NCBI GenBank assembly: GCA_043745805.1
Contig: JAYTSD010000038.1
Coordinates: 1 to 64,000, forward strand
Reading direction: 5' to 3'
DNA: 64,000 nt
Origin: Fibrobacteria bacterium
GTDB taxonomy: Bacteria > Fibrobacterota > Fibrobacteria > UBA11236
The notes below the pieces were generated by a model. The model did not search any database. It saw only the letters and a program-made list of their open reading frames with translations, and had not been told where the DNA came from. Position 1 is the stretch's first letter, and each line of letters begins with the position of its first letter. Of this stretch, positions 47,748 through 59,236 are shown piece by piece. The translations under genes were made by a program, and so were the position numbers.

Positions 47748-49703
47748 TTAAGAATTCAGCAATTCAATTTTGGTTATCAAACGTTTATATAAACCCGATT
47801 CTCTTTGGATTTTTTGTTTTAAGGCTGATTTTAAAGCTTCTTCGGGCCCAAAAATGCCCACAAATTTTTTGGCTCTAGTGATGCCGGTATACAAAATCTC
47901 CTTGCATAAAAGCGGATGCTCCGCTTCGGGTAAAATTAATACTACATAATCAAATTCGGATCCTTGACTTTTATGCACGGTCATGGCAAATGCAAATTCA
48001 AAGGCAGGAAGACTATGTATAGGAAGAGAAATAATGGTATTGCCTTTTTTAAAAAGGGCAAAATAGTTTTCAGCAAATTGGAGTATAATGCCAAAGTCTC
48101 CATTAAATAAACCTTGGGTATAATCGTTTTCCAAAATGAGAATGGGTGCCCCATTAAAATAATATTTCGCTTCGCTTGAAGGGTCCCAAATTTTTCGCAA
48201 TCGCATTTGCATCCAGGCATTAATTGCTTCGGATCCGCACCAAAGTTTTCGCGTAAAGGTGAGTAGGCGTGGTTTACTAATAAAATCAAATGCTTGTTGT
48301 ATTAGGTCTTGCAATGGCAAATTTTGCTCGGAGAGTTGCGAAACATTATATTTTTTTATGGAGTTTAACACAGTTAAATATGTGGATGAAGCTAAGTAAT
48401 GTACATTACTCCATGCTTGCAGAAGAGTGTCTCGACTTGTTTTGAAACTCGTAGAAGCCGCCAATCGAATGCAGCCTTCTGCTAAAAAAATCGCTTCCTT
48501 AATTTCTTTTTCTATGCCCAAGTTGAATAAGACCGCTGCAATGTCCTGACTATTAATAGCGGCGGCTACTTGGAGAATTTGTGCATTAGAACGATGGCTT
48601 TGATTTAATCGCAATATATGATTTTCAAGCAATGATTTTTCCGAATTAGGTAACAAATCGGCTAATAATGCGCCAGCCTCAATAGAAGGCAATTGATCTC
48701 TATCACCCACTAAAATTAAAGCGGCTGATGGAGGTAAAGCATTTAATAAACGGGACATTAAAAATATATTGGCCATGCTGGCTTCATCGATAATTACTAA
48801 ATCGGCAGGAATTGGATTTAACTTATTATAAATAAAGCTTCCTTCTTGACGATTAAAACGTAGGAGGCGATGCAAGGTTTCGCCTTTTAATTCTAAGAGT
48901 TGAGCATCGATAGCTTTTTCCTGAGCCCCATTTTCTCGATTATAGTCAATACTTGTTAAGCCTTGTTGTAAAGCCTCCGAAAGCCTATCCGCAGCGCGTC
49001 CCGTGGGTGCGGCTAGTTTTATGCGTTCGGGTTTCAAATGTCGCGATCGCAAAACCCCGCGTAAAATATTAGTGGTTAGCGCCGTTTTTCCTGTGCCAGG
49101 TCCACCGGATATTAAAAAAAATGGCTTGATTAAACTTTGAGTTAAGGCCTCTATTTGCAAAGGGTGAAAAACTAAAGGTTGATTAGCGGAATCCTTTTTT
49201 CTTAAGGGAAATTGAATTAATAGTATGTCGAGTAACGCAGATAAAGGTTTCGTTAGGGGGAAAGTATAATCACTTTTTTGTAATAAGGTTGCAAGTGCCT
49301 GCGCGGATTTATTTTCTGCGGCAAAATATTTTTGAAAATAAAGCGCCTGATCTTCATAAATTAAAGGTTTAAATTCATGCGCTTGCCCTAATATTGTCAC
49401 ATAATTTCCGGCATGTAATTTTTCTTGAAAGCCAAAAAAAATCATGTCCGCGGAGTATTTTTCCATGGCTAAAAATTTTAAGTAAAGATTTAATTCTGAC
49501 AAACAAGTTTCGGTCTGCAAAGCCAATCTCAAGCTACCTTGGCGCATACGCCTACAGAGTAAAGCTAAAATTAAATGAAGTTCTATATCGTTTTGGAAAT
49601 TGTCCTCACAAAGGAGGTCAATTAATTTAATGTCCAGCAAAAACAATTCTTCTTGTTGTAAGGCAGAGGAATAAAAATTCTGAAAAATCACATTTGCACT
49701 CAT
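47748..49703 (-). CDS. recD: Exodeoxyribonuclease V alpha subunit
   Basis: GGPGTGKT, APTGRAA.RL, TLHRLL, IDEASM, GD.DQLPS, AMTVHKSQGSEF, LYTGITRA. Confidence 0.95.
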   Translation of the reverse strand: MSANVIFQNFYSSALQQEELFLLDIKLIDLLCEDNFQNDIELHLILALLCRRMRQGSLRLALQTETCLSELNLYLKFLAMEKYSADMIFFGFQEKLHAGNYVTILGQAHEFKPLIYEDQALYFQKYFAAENKSAQALATLLQKSDYTFPLTKPLSALLDILLIQFPLRKKDSANQPLVFHPLQIEALTQSLIKPFFLISGGPGTGKTALTTNILRGVLRSRHLKPERIKLAAPTGRAADRLSEALQQGLTSIDYNRENGAQEKAIDAQLLELKGETLHRLLRFNRQEGSFIYNKLNPIPADLVIIDEASMANIFLMSRLLNALPPSAALILVGDRDQLPSIEAGALLADLLPNSEKSLLENHILRLNQSHRSNAQILQVAAAINSQDIAAVLFNLGIEKEIKEAIFLAEGCIRLAASTSFKTSRDTLLQAWSNVHYLASSTYLTVLNSIKKYNVSQLSEQNLPLQDLIQQAFDFISKPRLLTFTRKLWCGSEAINAWMQMRLRKIWDPSSEAKYYFNGAPILILENDYTQGLFNGDFGIILQFAENYFALFKKGNTIISLPIHSLPAFEFAFAMTVHKSQGSEFDYVVLILPEAEHPLLCKEILYTGITRAKKFVGIFGPEEALKSALKQKIQRESGLYKRLITKIELLNS

Positions 49704-52700
49704 AATATACTCACTGTATTTTTGTTTTTGCCCAGTGACAATAATTCATGCAGATATGCGGGGTAGGTTTTTTCTAATTGCTCTAAGTTGGGGCGATGAG
49801 TAAAAATACCCATGGAATTCTCTTCCTGCATGCCACGCAAATAAAAATAATAGACGCCGCCAAAATGCTTTTCAAAATTATAATCAGCCAGCGTGCTCTT
49901 CAACCATTTATGCAAAGCTAAACTATAAAGCATGATTTGCAAATCATACTTGCTCGATACAACACTATGCTTAAGGCTTTCGGGTAGATAATTCTCCAGC
50001 GTATTCGATTTCCAGTCCGCTAAATAATAAACTCCTTCAATGCGAAAAACCAAATCAATATATCCCCATAAAAAACCCTTTTGGGGAAACGTATCAGGAA
50101 TAATTTCTCCTCGCATTTCCGAATCTGCACCTTGGAAGGGAAATAGAAATTCCATTTCATGGATGCGTTCTTGAATGGAGCAAAGTGAAAATGTGGAAGG
50201 ATTGGAATGGTTATGGAGTTTGGGAATAGGGCATTTAAGAGTATTCCACAATAGACGTAACAAGGACGTTTCGTATTTGCTGGGCAAAACATATTCTCGC
50301 ATTTTCGCACGAACTAATCTGAGAAAAGATGTGTTTTCTAAAACCAAAATAAATTCAGACCAGGTTTTTACGGATTCAGTTATTTGAAAATCTACACCTT
50401 CTAAAATATCATGCAATAAATTTCCGGTATCAGCTCCGCGCGGCAATACTTCCTCGATATCGGAAGTAAAGGTATTTTCCCAAGGTGGCAAGTCATCTTT
50501 TTGTAAACGTTCTCCTTCCAATTCTGAACTGGCTTGGCTTTGATGTTTAAAAGCCAAATGTGAATACGACTCCACACGTAAACGCCTTAAAGCAAAAGGA
50601 TAAAAATGCTTAGGTAATAAATCCTTTGGGGGAGGCGAAATAGTAAAATCAGTAGTGACATTAGTTAAACTAGATAATGAACTTATGGCAGGGAGAGTAT
50701 TTTTTGCAAGCAATAATTCTTCATCACGTTGGTAAAACAGCTGTGGATATTTGGCTTTAGCATTAATTAAGGCTTCGCGCAAAAATGTTCCCAAAGGACC
50801 AATTTTGACTCTAGTATATTCTTGACCAATAGTGGGAATATAAAGTCGGTATTTAGCGCGCGTGCAAGCTACATAAAAAAGTCTTTTGTCCTCATTGTCT
50901 AATTCTTCATCATGCAATTCTTTCCAAGACACATGCTTTTTGTCCAAAGCATAAACCTTATTTTCTCCCGAATGAAATGAAAGATATTTGGGTGCAAGTG
51001 CCTTTCCACCTTTGCCATAGCCACCGGCAATGAACACAATGGGAAATTCTAAACCTTTGCTAATATGCATAGTCATAATGCGAATTTTTTGTTTTTCACT
51101 CGCTATGCGTTCAAGATCTTTTTCTTCGGATTGGGAACTATTAGTTTGTAAGCGCTTTTGTTGTAAATGCTTATACAAGCGCGACAAATCTAAATGCAAA
51201 CGCAAAGCATCGACTTCTAACTCTTGCGCTAGATGTTTAAAATTCATCAGTCGTCTATCTCTATCGGGAGCTAAACTCAGGCGATAAACCAAACCCGAAT
51301 CATTTAATACGCTGTTAAAAAATTCTGGCCAAAGTCTTGCCTCTGCTAATTCTCGCCATCGGGAAAATGTTTTTTGCAAAATATGATCAGGTGAAATTTC
51401 TTTTAAGCCTGCAACATTTTCAGGAGGCAAATCACAAAATGCGGAAAGTAAAGCTTTGGTCCACAAGGCTATATCAGAGGGCTTTTCTAACGCTGCTAAT
51501 AAAATGGAAAACTGCAAAGCTTCGACACCTTGATATAAGCCCGATTTTTTATAGGCAGCGTAAGGAATACCTGCTTCACGCAATAAAATTTCTAGACCAC
51601 GACGATCCGAGGCATCACGGACTAAAATACAAATGTCTCCAGCTAATAATGGACGAGTATTTTTTTCGGTATCTAATGGAATGGCAAAGTTTTCAGGCGC
51701 TTGTAAAAGCAATTTGATTTCATTCACTATCCATTGACGACTGCTGCGCTTGACTTCGGATAATTTGGTTAGGGAGGAAAAATCTTTGATAATGATAGGG
51801 GGTAAATCATCCTTTGTTTTAAACCCGCTTTGCGTGAATGTGCCTCCACAATCAACGGGAGTATAGCTTAAGCCCTTTTCAAAAAGAGGTAATTTCCATG
51901 TAACGGTCAATGGAATTGATTTTTTGAGGGTAACATTTTCATTTTCCGAGGATTCATCTAAGGTTTGGGCTTTAAGTAAAGGCTCAAACCAAAGGGGATG
52001 AGAAAATAGCCCATTAAAGGCTTGTAATAATTCTGGACTTGAGCGATAGCTTGTTCCTAAACCTTGGGCTTGCGCGAATCCTTTTTGTGCTAATGCATAT
52101 AAGCTATGGCGTGCCGAAAAATAAGTTTCAATGTCTCCGCCTCGAAAGGCATAAATAGCCTGCTTTGGATCGCCAATCAAATATAAAGGATGCGTATTAT
52201 TTTCCTCGAGAAAAAGCGTTTTTAATATGCCCCATTGTAATCCGTCGGTATCTTGAAATTCATCGACCATACAATACTTATACTGAATACGTAATAGATC
52301 GACTAATTCGGGACGAGAGTTAATAGTTTTATGCACATTACGAATCAAATCGTCAAAACTCAATAAACCTTTTTCTTCTTTATAAACCTTAATGCGCTGC
52401 TGAATGGATTTTATAGCTTCAATCTGAGGTATAAAAGTCATTGCTTTTTCGGCCTCGGCAATAGGATCAAGGAGTGTCTGAGCCGTTTTTACCAATGACA
52501 CAAATTCTTGTAATGCCTGAGAATTTTTCGCATCGGGAGAGTTTAAGTAAAAAATATCCCAGCCATTATCCTTTAAGGTTTTTACCGAAGCTAAATCATC
52601 CACATGAATAAGAAATTCTTTTTGAGATGAAATGTCAAAGTCATTTGTTTTCCATTTTGAAAAATCAGATAAAATAAGAGCTATATATTTTAAAAAAGTG

Positions 52701-53374
52701 GCTTTTGCGTTTATATCCGTTTTTATTTTTTTATAACTCAAATAAAAAGCATGTTCTTTCGCTTCATTAACATCACCAAAAATATTCCCTAAGGATTTTA
52801 ATATTTCTTGAACTTCTGTATTTAATCTTTCGCATAATTCGAAATCCGGTTCTGGCCAAAGTAAATCGCCCACTTGCGGATTATATTTTTGTGCGATTTC
52901 AAGTAATGGCTCCCAATGACTGTCTTCATTTAAAATACGCGCTCTGGCTAAAGGTTGTTTGCGCATTTCCTCAGCTAAAAGTTGTTGATAAAGTGTTTTG
53001 TCATCAACCAATTCAAAACTAAAAAGTGCCTGATTTTCAAAAGCGAACTGTTTTAAAATTTTTTTACAAAAACTATGTAAGGTGAAAATACTCGCTTGAT
53101 CATAGCGCAATAAGCATGCTTTGAAATGCTGTCTATCTTTGGCGGAACGATTTTCATCTTTAGAAGCTTCGTGAAGCCGCCTTTCAATTTTTTCTCTTAA
53201 CTCACCAGCGGCCTTGTCGGTAAAGGTGAGGATAAGAATTTGGGATAGATCGGGAGGATCGTATTGTGTCAAAAGACGCAATAAAATTTGCTCAATGGTA
53301 TAAGTCTTACCCGTACCGGCCGAGGCTTCGATCAAGCCATGTTGTTGTAAATTCCAAGAACTAATTAAATCCAT
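49700..53374 (-). CDS. recB: Exodeoxyribonuclease V beta subunit
   Basis: IEASAGTGKT, TFT..AA.EL, DEFQDTD, IGDPKQAIYAFRG, SKGLEF, YVA.TRA, nuclease GYIDLVF...DWKSN. Confidence 0.95.
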   Translation of the reverse strand: MDLISSWNLQQHGLIEASAGTGKTYTIEQILLRLLTQYDPPDLSQILILTFTDKAAGELREKIERRLHEASKDENRSAKDRQHFKACLLRYDQASIFTLHSFCKKILKQFAFENQALFSFELVDDKTLYQQLLAEEMRKQPLARARILNEDSHWEPLLEIAQKYNPQVGDLLWPEPDFELCERLNTEVQEILKSLGNIFGDVNEAKEHAFYLSYKKIKTDINAKATFLKYIALILSDFSKWKTNDFDISSQKEFLIHVDDLASVKTLKDNGWDIFYLNSPDAKNSQALQEFVSLVKTAQTLLDPIAEAEKAMTFIPQIEAIKSIQQRIKVYKEEKGLLSFDDLIRNVHKTINSRPELVDLLRIQYKYCMVDEFQDTDGLQWGILKTLFLEENNTHPLYLIGDPKQAIYAFRGGDIETYFSARHSLYALAQKGFAQAQGLGTSYRSSPELLQAFNGLFSHPLWFEPLLKAQTLDESSENENVTLKKSIPLTVTWKLPLFEKGLSYTPVDCGGTFTQSGFKTKDDLPPIIIKDFSSLTKLSEVKRSSRQWIVNEIKLLLQAPENFAIPLDTEKNTRPLLAGDICILVRDASDRRGLEILLREAGIPYAAYKKSGLYQGVEALQFSILLAALEKPSDIALWTKALLSAFCDLPPENVAGLKEISPDHILQKTFSRWRELAEARLWPEFFNSVLNDSGLVYRLSLAPDRDRRLMNFKHLAQELEVDALRLHLDLSRLYKHLQQKRLQTNSSQSEEKDLERIASEKQKIRIMTMHISKGLEFPIVFIAGGYGKGGKALAPKYLSFHSGENKVYALDKKHVSWKELHDEELDNEDKRLFYVACTRAKYRLYIPTIGQEYTRVKIGPLGTFLREALINAKAKYPQLFYQRDEELLLAKNTLPAISSLSSLTNVTTDFTISPPPKDLLPKHFYPFALRRLRVESYSHLAFKHQSQASSELEGERLQKDDLPPWENTFTSDIEEVLPRGADTGNLLHDILEGVDFQITESVKTWSEFILVLENTSFLRLVRAKMREYVLPSKYETSLLRLLWNTLKCPIPKLHNHSNPSTFSLCSIQERIHEMEFLFPFQGADSEMRGEIIPDTFPQKGFLWGYIDLVFRIEGVYYLADWKSNTLENYLPESLKHSVVSSKYDLQIMLYSLALHKWLKSTLADYNFEKHFGGVYYFYLRGMQEENSMGIFTHRPNLEQLEKTYPAYLHELLSLGKNKNTVSIL

Positions 53375-53384
53375 TTATGACCTA

Positions 53385-56300
53385 TCAAAGATTTAATAAA
53401 AGACTAAAGCGTGCCTGGATTTTTTTAAAAGCATCAGCAGGAATTTCTTGATTTAATAAATCTTCGAATTTTAGATTTTGAACTCTTTCATCCTTGTTTT
53501 GTGTTTCTTCCAGCTTTTGTAATGCTTCGTATGGGTAAAGCCAAAAATTTTCATTCAATTCTTTTTGGAATTCTTTTAAGTAAAGCCAATCCAAATCTAA
53601 GGGCTTATCCATGTCGGTTAATAAAGATTGCAAATAAAGCTTTGCCTCTTGTGCGGAAATATGCCAAGCCTTCCATGTTTTGTAAAAATATTTATTCTCC
53701 TTCCAGCAAAGCGTATGCGCTTCAAAAGGATGCGTTTGCAAGGTTATTGAGTAAGGACTTTCTTTTTGCAAAGCAAATAAATAAAAGAGAAACGGTTTAA
53801 GCACTGTCATGGCACTCAATTCATATTTTGAAAGGGTCAGAGAAATAAACGGCAATGGATTTTTTTCCAAATTCGCTGGAATGTACAATAAGGGAATGGA
53901 GCCATGCAATTGCCATGCTTTTTCCTCCGTCACAAGTGTGATACGCGGAAAAGCATTTTCGGGTGCAACTTGTGTTCCTCGAGCAGGTATTCCAAATGTC
54001 GGATGCCAATGTAAATTATATTCTTGGCCTAATTTTTGAGTAAACTGTTGTAACCCTTCGAAGCCTTCTTCAATCAATTTTTCTAATTGTTCGAGAGCGA
54101 TACCCTGATATATTCCTTCAGGTGTTAAGCCTTGTAATTTCATTAAATTATACTTGGTTTTTAAAAAGCGTTTCGCTGTAGTGATATCCACTCTATTAGC
54201 TTGTAAACAATCCATTAATATGGCTTCAATTAATCGTTTTTCTTGATCGGAAGTTAATTGAAAAGGTTCATTTTCATTTTGTGTGACATCCTCTTCGCCT
54301 TCCCAGGGAAGGTTCCATCGGTTTCTGAGAGTAAATCGTAAAGGATTAATAAGATATTTTTCGAGATCCGGTAACTTATATGTTTCCCTTACCATTTTTG
54401 TTACCGGGATGGAAATTTGACCAAAAGGGTGAATGAGGAATTGCCAAGATGCAGGCATGTCTAGATTGAAATCACTGCTACATTCTTGCTGTAATTGCGC
54501 GAGGCGTGCATCCACTTGATTAAAACTTTGGGGGGAGTCAAATATTTTGTTTTTTTCGTGAACAAATAATTCGGAACTATAAGAGAGCAGAGGTGCGTAG
54601 ACTACTTGATAAGGCTTATTTTCTAAGGGTAAAAGGCATTCGGCTAAATAATCGATTAATTCTTTGAGGACAGGACTCATGGGCAATTCACGATCTTCGC
54701 GAATATCACGATGTACATAACTCAGTACTAATTTTTCCTTTACACTCAGTAGCATTTCTAAAAATTGATATTTACTGCGTGCGGTATGATCTAAATCACC
54801 AATGACTCGGCGGTATTGCCGTAGGTCTAAAGCTGAACTTTGATTTTGTCCAGGAAAATCGGATTCACCTAATCCGAGTACATAAACTTTTCGGAAAGGA
54901 ATAATTCGCAAGGCGTTCATATCTGCAACATGAACGGCACCAAGAAAAAAAGGCGTATTCCCTAAGGATAAACGGGATAAAGCTAATCCAGCAGCTTCTA
55001 CAATATCGGAAAGCGAAATATTCGAAGCGGGATTATTGCTATTTACATTATTTATGGACATTACTTTTTGTAAAACATCTAAATCTTGTAAACCTTGCCA
55101 TTCCCTAATTAACATAGTGCGGGCATGGGCTTCTTGAGGAAATTCTGGCGGCACGGTTAAATTGTTTTCTAAAAGATTTTGCAACATCGATGCAGCAATG
55201 GACCAATGCGAAAAAATTTGTTTACGAAAAACTTTAATAGTTTGAAATAGTGACTCTAAGGTATGAATGAATTTTGCTAGAGATTCTTTATTCTCGGAAT
55301 AACCATCAGCATAAGGCAATATTTCAGTAATAGTATTTTCATAAACTTGTGCCTCGCCATCATGGGGGCTTTCCAAGACGGTACCCCAAAGTAAACGCTG
55401 CAATCCCCATTCCCAAGTATGTAGATTATCTTCTAAATAACCCTGATCATTTTTGTGTTCGGCATTTAAACTGTGGAAAATATGCAAATGCTCTATCCAA
55501 TGTATCCATAATTGAATTTGCGTTTCATCCAAATCATGCTTAGTTTTAAAGCAGGGATTTTTGACAAAATCTAAAACCTCTTTGCGAGTGCATTTGCCAG
55601 TTAATAATTGCAATAGCGATAAAGCACCTTGTCCATAAAGACTGTCACTGCCTGTTACCGTATCGCAGATGTTTAGGTTTATACGTGCGGGATTTGTTTT
55701 GTCTAATTGTTCAAAAACGGAAGTTAAAAAAGGTTTATATTTTTTTAAATCTGGAATAAAAAGCGCGATATCGTCTAAGCATAAAGTTTTGTCTTCCAAT
55801 AAATCAGCGACTAAGCTATGATAAACGGTTTCAACTTCACGCCTAATTTCTGGACAGGCGATAATTTGTAAGGACTTGTCTTGGAAAATTCTTTCTACCG
55901 CTGGTAAAATTTCACGTCGGTTTAATACGCTTTCTTGTAAAACCGATAATAAGCAATGTCGATTCGGTTCCGCGAAACATTCATAAAAATCATAATCAGT
56001 AATTTGATTCCATAGCTGTACAATTTCACGACCCGGTTTTCCCCAAATACTTAATAAACGATTTTCCTCTTCTCCTGCATTTAATTCTTCTGCCTCTATT
56101 TCTTGTTGAGAAATGCTAAGTAGACTTTTTTCTTCATCCGCTAATTTTCTCCACGCCGCATATTGTTGATCGCGCAGTAAATGCAACTGTTGCTGGCGCT
56201 TTTCTTTGGGGGTTAATAAATCTTCCCAATAAGTTGCACAAGGATTTAGGGTATAAATCAAAAAATGCGCTTCGCGTCCAGGTAACTTCTTTTCATCGCT

Positions 56301-57080
56301 TAAAGCTTGAATTAAAGAGCGATGAAAAGGAGATATTTGTGAGAGTCCGAATAAATGATAAACAGGTGCCGTTTCTATTTTCAATTCCCGTTTTTGATTT
56401 AATACCATTTCCGCATATTGTGGCAAAGTGTAATAATATTGACCGCTTTCTACGCCTAAGCGATCGCGCAAGCCATGGAGGCCAAAAATTTCATGGTACA
56501 ATGTCTTTTGCCAAGCTTCTAAACGCATCGCTCTTTCCCGTGCATTCCCCACGAGCGATTTGGGCAATAATGGGGTAAAACAAGCCTGATTATCTTTCCA
56601 TAAAAAGGTTAATGATTCGCGACCATGTTCTTGCACGCGACTGTATTCATATTCACGAAATAAACGCGCAACTTGTTCAGCCAATTGAAAGCTACGAGTA
56701 GAAAATAGATTACTATTATCATTTACTTCGCTGGTATGTAAATATTTTTGGATTTCCTCAGGAGCCTTTTGTTGAAAAACCATCATGAGCATATATTGCA
56801 ATTTGCGCTCATCTAATAATTCAGCAGATAATCTTTCTTTCGCTTGCCGATACAAATCCAAATCTGCTAAACGACTCCACAAAGTTTTTTCCAGTAAAGC
56901 AAATGAATAATTCGCAACGATACCTTTTTTTTCAGCCAAGGCAGCTTGTACCCAAGTTTTTAAACTGACATTTGGAGTGGCAATAGAGGGCGGAGAAAAT
57001 GGATCGACGTAAACCAAGTTCTCCGACAATTTGTCGAGCAATACCGTGAGTGAATTACTGAAATACAGTTGAGCTGACAT
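53385..57080 (-). CDS. recC: Exodeoxyribonuclease V gamma subunit
   Basis: LYFSNSL, NPC..YWED, LL..WGK.GRE, RREVE, LR.IPFR.V.VLGL, FLE.LLS; AGGAG before ATG 57080. Confidence 0.9.
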   Translation of the reverse strand: MSAQLYFSNSLTVLLDKLSENLVYVDPFSPPSIATPNVSLKTWVQAALAEKKGIVANYSFALLEKTLWSRLADLDLYRQAKERLSAELLDERKLQYMLMMVFQQKAPEEIQKYLHTSEVNDNSNLFSTRSFQLAEQVARLFREYEYSRVQEHGRESLTFLWKDNQACFTPLLPKSLVGNARERAMRLEAWQKTLYHEIFGLHGLRDRLGVESGQYYYTLPQYAEMVLNQKRELKIETAPVYHLFGLSQISPFHRSLIQALSDEKKLPGREAHFLIYTLNPCATYWEDLLTPKEKRQQQLHLLRDQQYAAWRKLADEEKSLLSISQQEIEAEELNAGEEENRLLSIWGKPGREIVQLWNQITDYDFYECFAEPNRHCLLSVLQESVLNRREILPAVERIFQDKSLQIIACPEIRREVETVYHSLVADLLEDKTLCLDDIALFIPDLKKYKPFLTSVFEQLDKTNPARINLNICDTVTGSDSLYGQGALSLLQLLTGKCTRKEVLDFVKNPCFKTKHDLDETQIQLWIHWIEHLHIFHSLNAEHKNDQGYLEDNLHTWEWGLQRLLWGTVLESPHDGEAQVYENTITEILPYADGYSENKESLAKFIHTLESLFQTIKVFRKQIFSHWSIAASMLQNLLENNLTVPPEFPQEAHARTMLIREWQGLQDLDVLQKVMSINNVNSNNPASNISLSDIVEAAGLALSRLSLGNTPFFLGAVHVADMNALRIIPFRKVYVLGLGESDFPGQNQSSALDLRQYRRVIGDLDHTARSKYQFLEMLLSVKEKLVLSYVHRDIREDRELPMSPVLKELIDYLAECLLPLENKPYQVVYAPLLSYSSELFVHEKNKIFDSPQSFNQVDARLAQLQQECSSDFNLDMPASWQFLIHPFGQISIPVTKMVRETYKLPDLEKYLINPLRFTLRNRWNLPWEGEEDVTQNENEPFQLTSDQEKRLIEAILMDCLQANRVDITTAKRFLKTKYNLMKLQGLTPEGIYQGIALEQLEKLIEEGFEGLQQFTQKLGQEYNLHWHPTFGIPARGTQVAPENAFPRITLVTEEKAWQLHGSIPLLYIPANLEKNPLPFISLTLSKYELSAMTVLKPFLFYLFALQKESPYSITLQTHPFEAHTLCWKENKYFYKTWKAWHISAQEAKLYLQSLLTDMDKPLDLDWLYLKEFQKELNENFWLYPYEALQKLEETQNKDERVQNLKFEDLLNQEIPADAFKKIQARFSLLLNL

Positions 57081-57190
57081 AATCTCCTTACCCCATAAAA
57101 GGTAAATAGATTGAGAAATGATACTTGCCACAAATGGCAAGAGAACCTTATTTGAAGGTATATTGTGGAGTACACAGGGGAGAATTAAAA

Positions 57191-58183
57191 GTGACCGACG
57201 AAAAGGACCGCACGGGCAAGAAAATTTATTTTCGCATTCTTGGTTATGTGCTTAAACTCGCATTTGGCGCAGGAATTATAGGATGGTTAATTCATTCTCA
57301 TGCATTACAACCACAATTGATTGCCCAGGCTTTTCGCAGTCATAGCATGGTTTTATTGGCCGCGATGGGGATATATGCAGTTGTGGTATTTTGTTCTGGG
57401 TTGCGTTGGTTTATTTTATTGAGAGCGGCCGGACTAAAGATTGGTTTTGCCCGAGTGTTCAGTCTGCATATGATAGGAATTTTTTTTACGTGCCTTATGC
57501 CGGGAGGCACGGGAGGAGATCTGGTCAAGGGGTATTATTTGTTTCGCGAGGCAGGGTCACAACGCATACTGGGTTTATTTTCTCTGGCGATGGATAGAGT
57601 AATAGGCCTGTTTGGTTTATTAGGTATTGGTGCTTTAATGTCGCTGCTTAATTATTCCTTTATCGCGCAGCAGCCATTATTGCGTTGGAGCAGTTTGGTA
57701 TATGGCGCCGTATTTGTGGGGACTATTTTCGTTTTCTTGTTTTTTATCTCTCCATTTTCTCAACCGTTAATCCTTTACTTGCAGCGTTTGCGTTTCGCAA
57801 AAAAAATCATTACCCCTTTGGTCGAAGCCCTGCAGGTATACCGCGCTTGTTCAGGAAGTTTAATAGTAACCTTCCTGTTAACCATGTTGCTTCATATCGG
57901 TTTGATTGGTGTGTTTGCCTTAAGCGCTTATGCTTTGGATTTGCATTTGCCTTTTCTTCGTCATGGTTTCTTAGGACCCACTTTAACCATGATTAATGGT
58001 TTACCCATTGCTCCTGCGGGCATCGGGGTCGGTGAAGCTGCAGGTAAGGTGCTTTATAAGATGATGGGTTTAGCGCAAGGCGGTGGGGAAATTTTAGCCT
58101 TATATCATGTATGCGTATTGTCGGTTTCGCTATTCGGAGCCCCTTTTTATTTTCTCTTTCGTCCTAACAAAAGTAAAGTATAG
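57191..58183 (+). CDS. Lysylphosphatidylglycerol-synthase TM-region / UPF0104 flippase-like membrane protein
   Basis: RW..LL, PGGTGGDLVK, DRVIGL, LPIAPAGIGVGE; likely GTG start after AGGGGAG. Confidence 0.8.
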   Translation: MTDEKDRTGKKIYFRILGYVLKLAFGAGIIGWLIHSHALQPQLIAQAFRSHSMVLLAAMGIYAVVVFCSGLRWFILLRAAGLKIGFARVFSLHMIGIFFTCLMPGGTGGDLVKGYYLFREAGSQRILGLFSLAMDRVIGLFGLLGIGALMSLLNYSFIAQQPLLRWSSLVYGAVFVGTIFVFLFFISPFSQPLILYLQRLRFAKKIITPLVEALQVYRACSGSLIVTFLLTMLLHIGLIGVFALSAYALDLHLPFLRHGFLGPTLTMINGLPIAPAGIGVGEAAGKVLYKMMGLAQGGGEILALYHVCVLSVSLFGAPFYFLFRPNKSKV

Positions 58184-58190
58184 GGAATTT

Positions 58191-58919
58191 TTAGCTAAAA
58201 CCCAGTCCCATCAATTTACCACAAGCCAATAAGGGCGCATGAATAGCACGCAAACGTGTCTCTCCCAAACCCAACCAATAAGCTAAGGTATCCTGCTTAA
58301 AACCATCGATTTCCCTTGGGGAAAATCCACCTTCGGATCCTATGAGTAAATAGTAAAGATCATTTTTGTTTTCGGGAAGTTTATCGGATCCTGGATGCGC
58401 AATAATTAATGGTCTTTGGGTATTCTGTTCTCGCCAACTTGATAAACTAATCGGTTCTAAAATTTCCGTGAGCCACGCTTTCTTTGCTTGCTTTAAGGCA
58501 ACTAAAGATTTTTGCTTCAAACGTTCAACGGCCTTTGCGTAATTTTGATCTTTGAATTCTTGCGTATAATCCGAGAACACCAAATGAATTTGAGCAATAG
58601 TGAGCTGGCATAAGCCTTCAATAGGAATTTCTAAATCCTTCCCCTTTAGCCAACACAAAACCAAATTTAAAGCGGGGGGATTAATTATTTCTTGAACTTT
58701 TTCTAAAGCTTCAAAATGTAATTGCTTGCCTAGTTGATTGAGTTTGCAAAGGAAAACCGTACCCATTCCATTACTCACTAAAACTTCCGTGCCAATACTT
58801 AAGCGCAATACCCGTAACATATGTGTTTCTTCGGTTTCGGGTACAGAAATCAATTCCCCCACGTTTTTTAAGGGCGCATAAAACCAAGTTTCATCAAAAA
58901 GTTTTGCTTCGGCGGTCAT
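58191..58919 (-). CDS. rsmE: 16S rRNA m3U1498 methyltransferase
   Basis: HMLRVLRL, IGSEGGFS..E, LG..RLR. Confidence 0.8.
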   Translation of the reverse strand: MTAEAKLFDETWFYAPLKNVGELISVPETEETHMLRVLRLSIGTEVLVSNGMGTVFLCKLNQLGKQLHFEALEKVQEIINPPALNLVLCWLKGKDLEIPIEGLCQLTIAQIHLVFSDYTQEFKDQNYAKAVERLKQKSLVALKQAKKAWLTEILEPISLSSWREQNTQRPLIIAHPGSDKLPENKNDLYYLLIGSEGGFSPREIDGFKQDTLAYWLGLGETRLRAIHAPLLACGKLMGLGFS

Positions 58920-59236
58920 GACAATTTTAAAAACCGTTTCATGACTTCAAAAAAACCATTTTCACGACTCAACCAATAAAGACAATAACCTTGAGCACCA
59001 GTAAAGAGCAAACCTAAAAGAAGATTGATTAAAAAGACAAACCATTTTATTTCGGCTTTAAATACAGCTGAAAAACTGAGTAACAAAAGGGTAACACAGG
59101 AAAAAAACAAGCCACAAAAACTGGTAAAAAGTATGGCTTGATAATCCATAAAGTCGGGGTTACGCCAATAGAGATAGCCGGATCCCAATAATAGCAGGGT
59201 ATTAATAGCTTGTAAAAAACCAATTGTTAAAGGCAT
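58916..59236 (-). CDS. Small hypothetical membrane protein
   Basis: Three hydrophobic helices; overlaps both neighbours. Confidence 0.6.
   Translation of the reverse strand: MPLTIGFLQAINTLLLLGSGYLYWRNPDFMDYQAILFTSFCGLFFSCVTLLLLSFSAVFKAEIKWFVFLINLLLGLLFTGAQGYCLYWLSRENGFFEVMKRFLKLS

Noticed and set aside
47748-57080. recCBD as a novel helicase-nuclease defence system
   Set aside because: All motifs and gene order match ordinary RecBCD.
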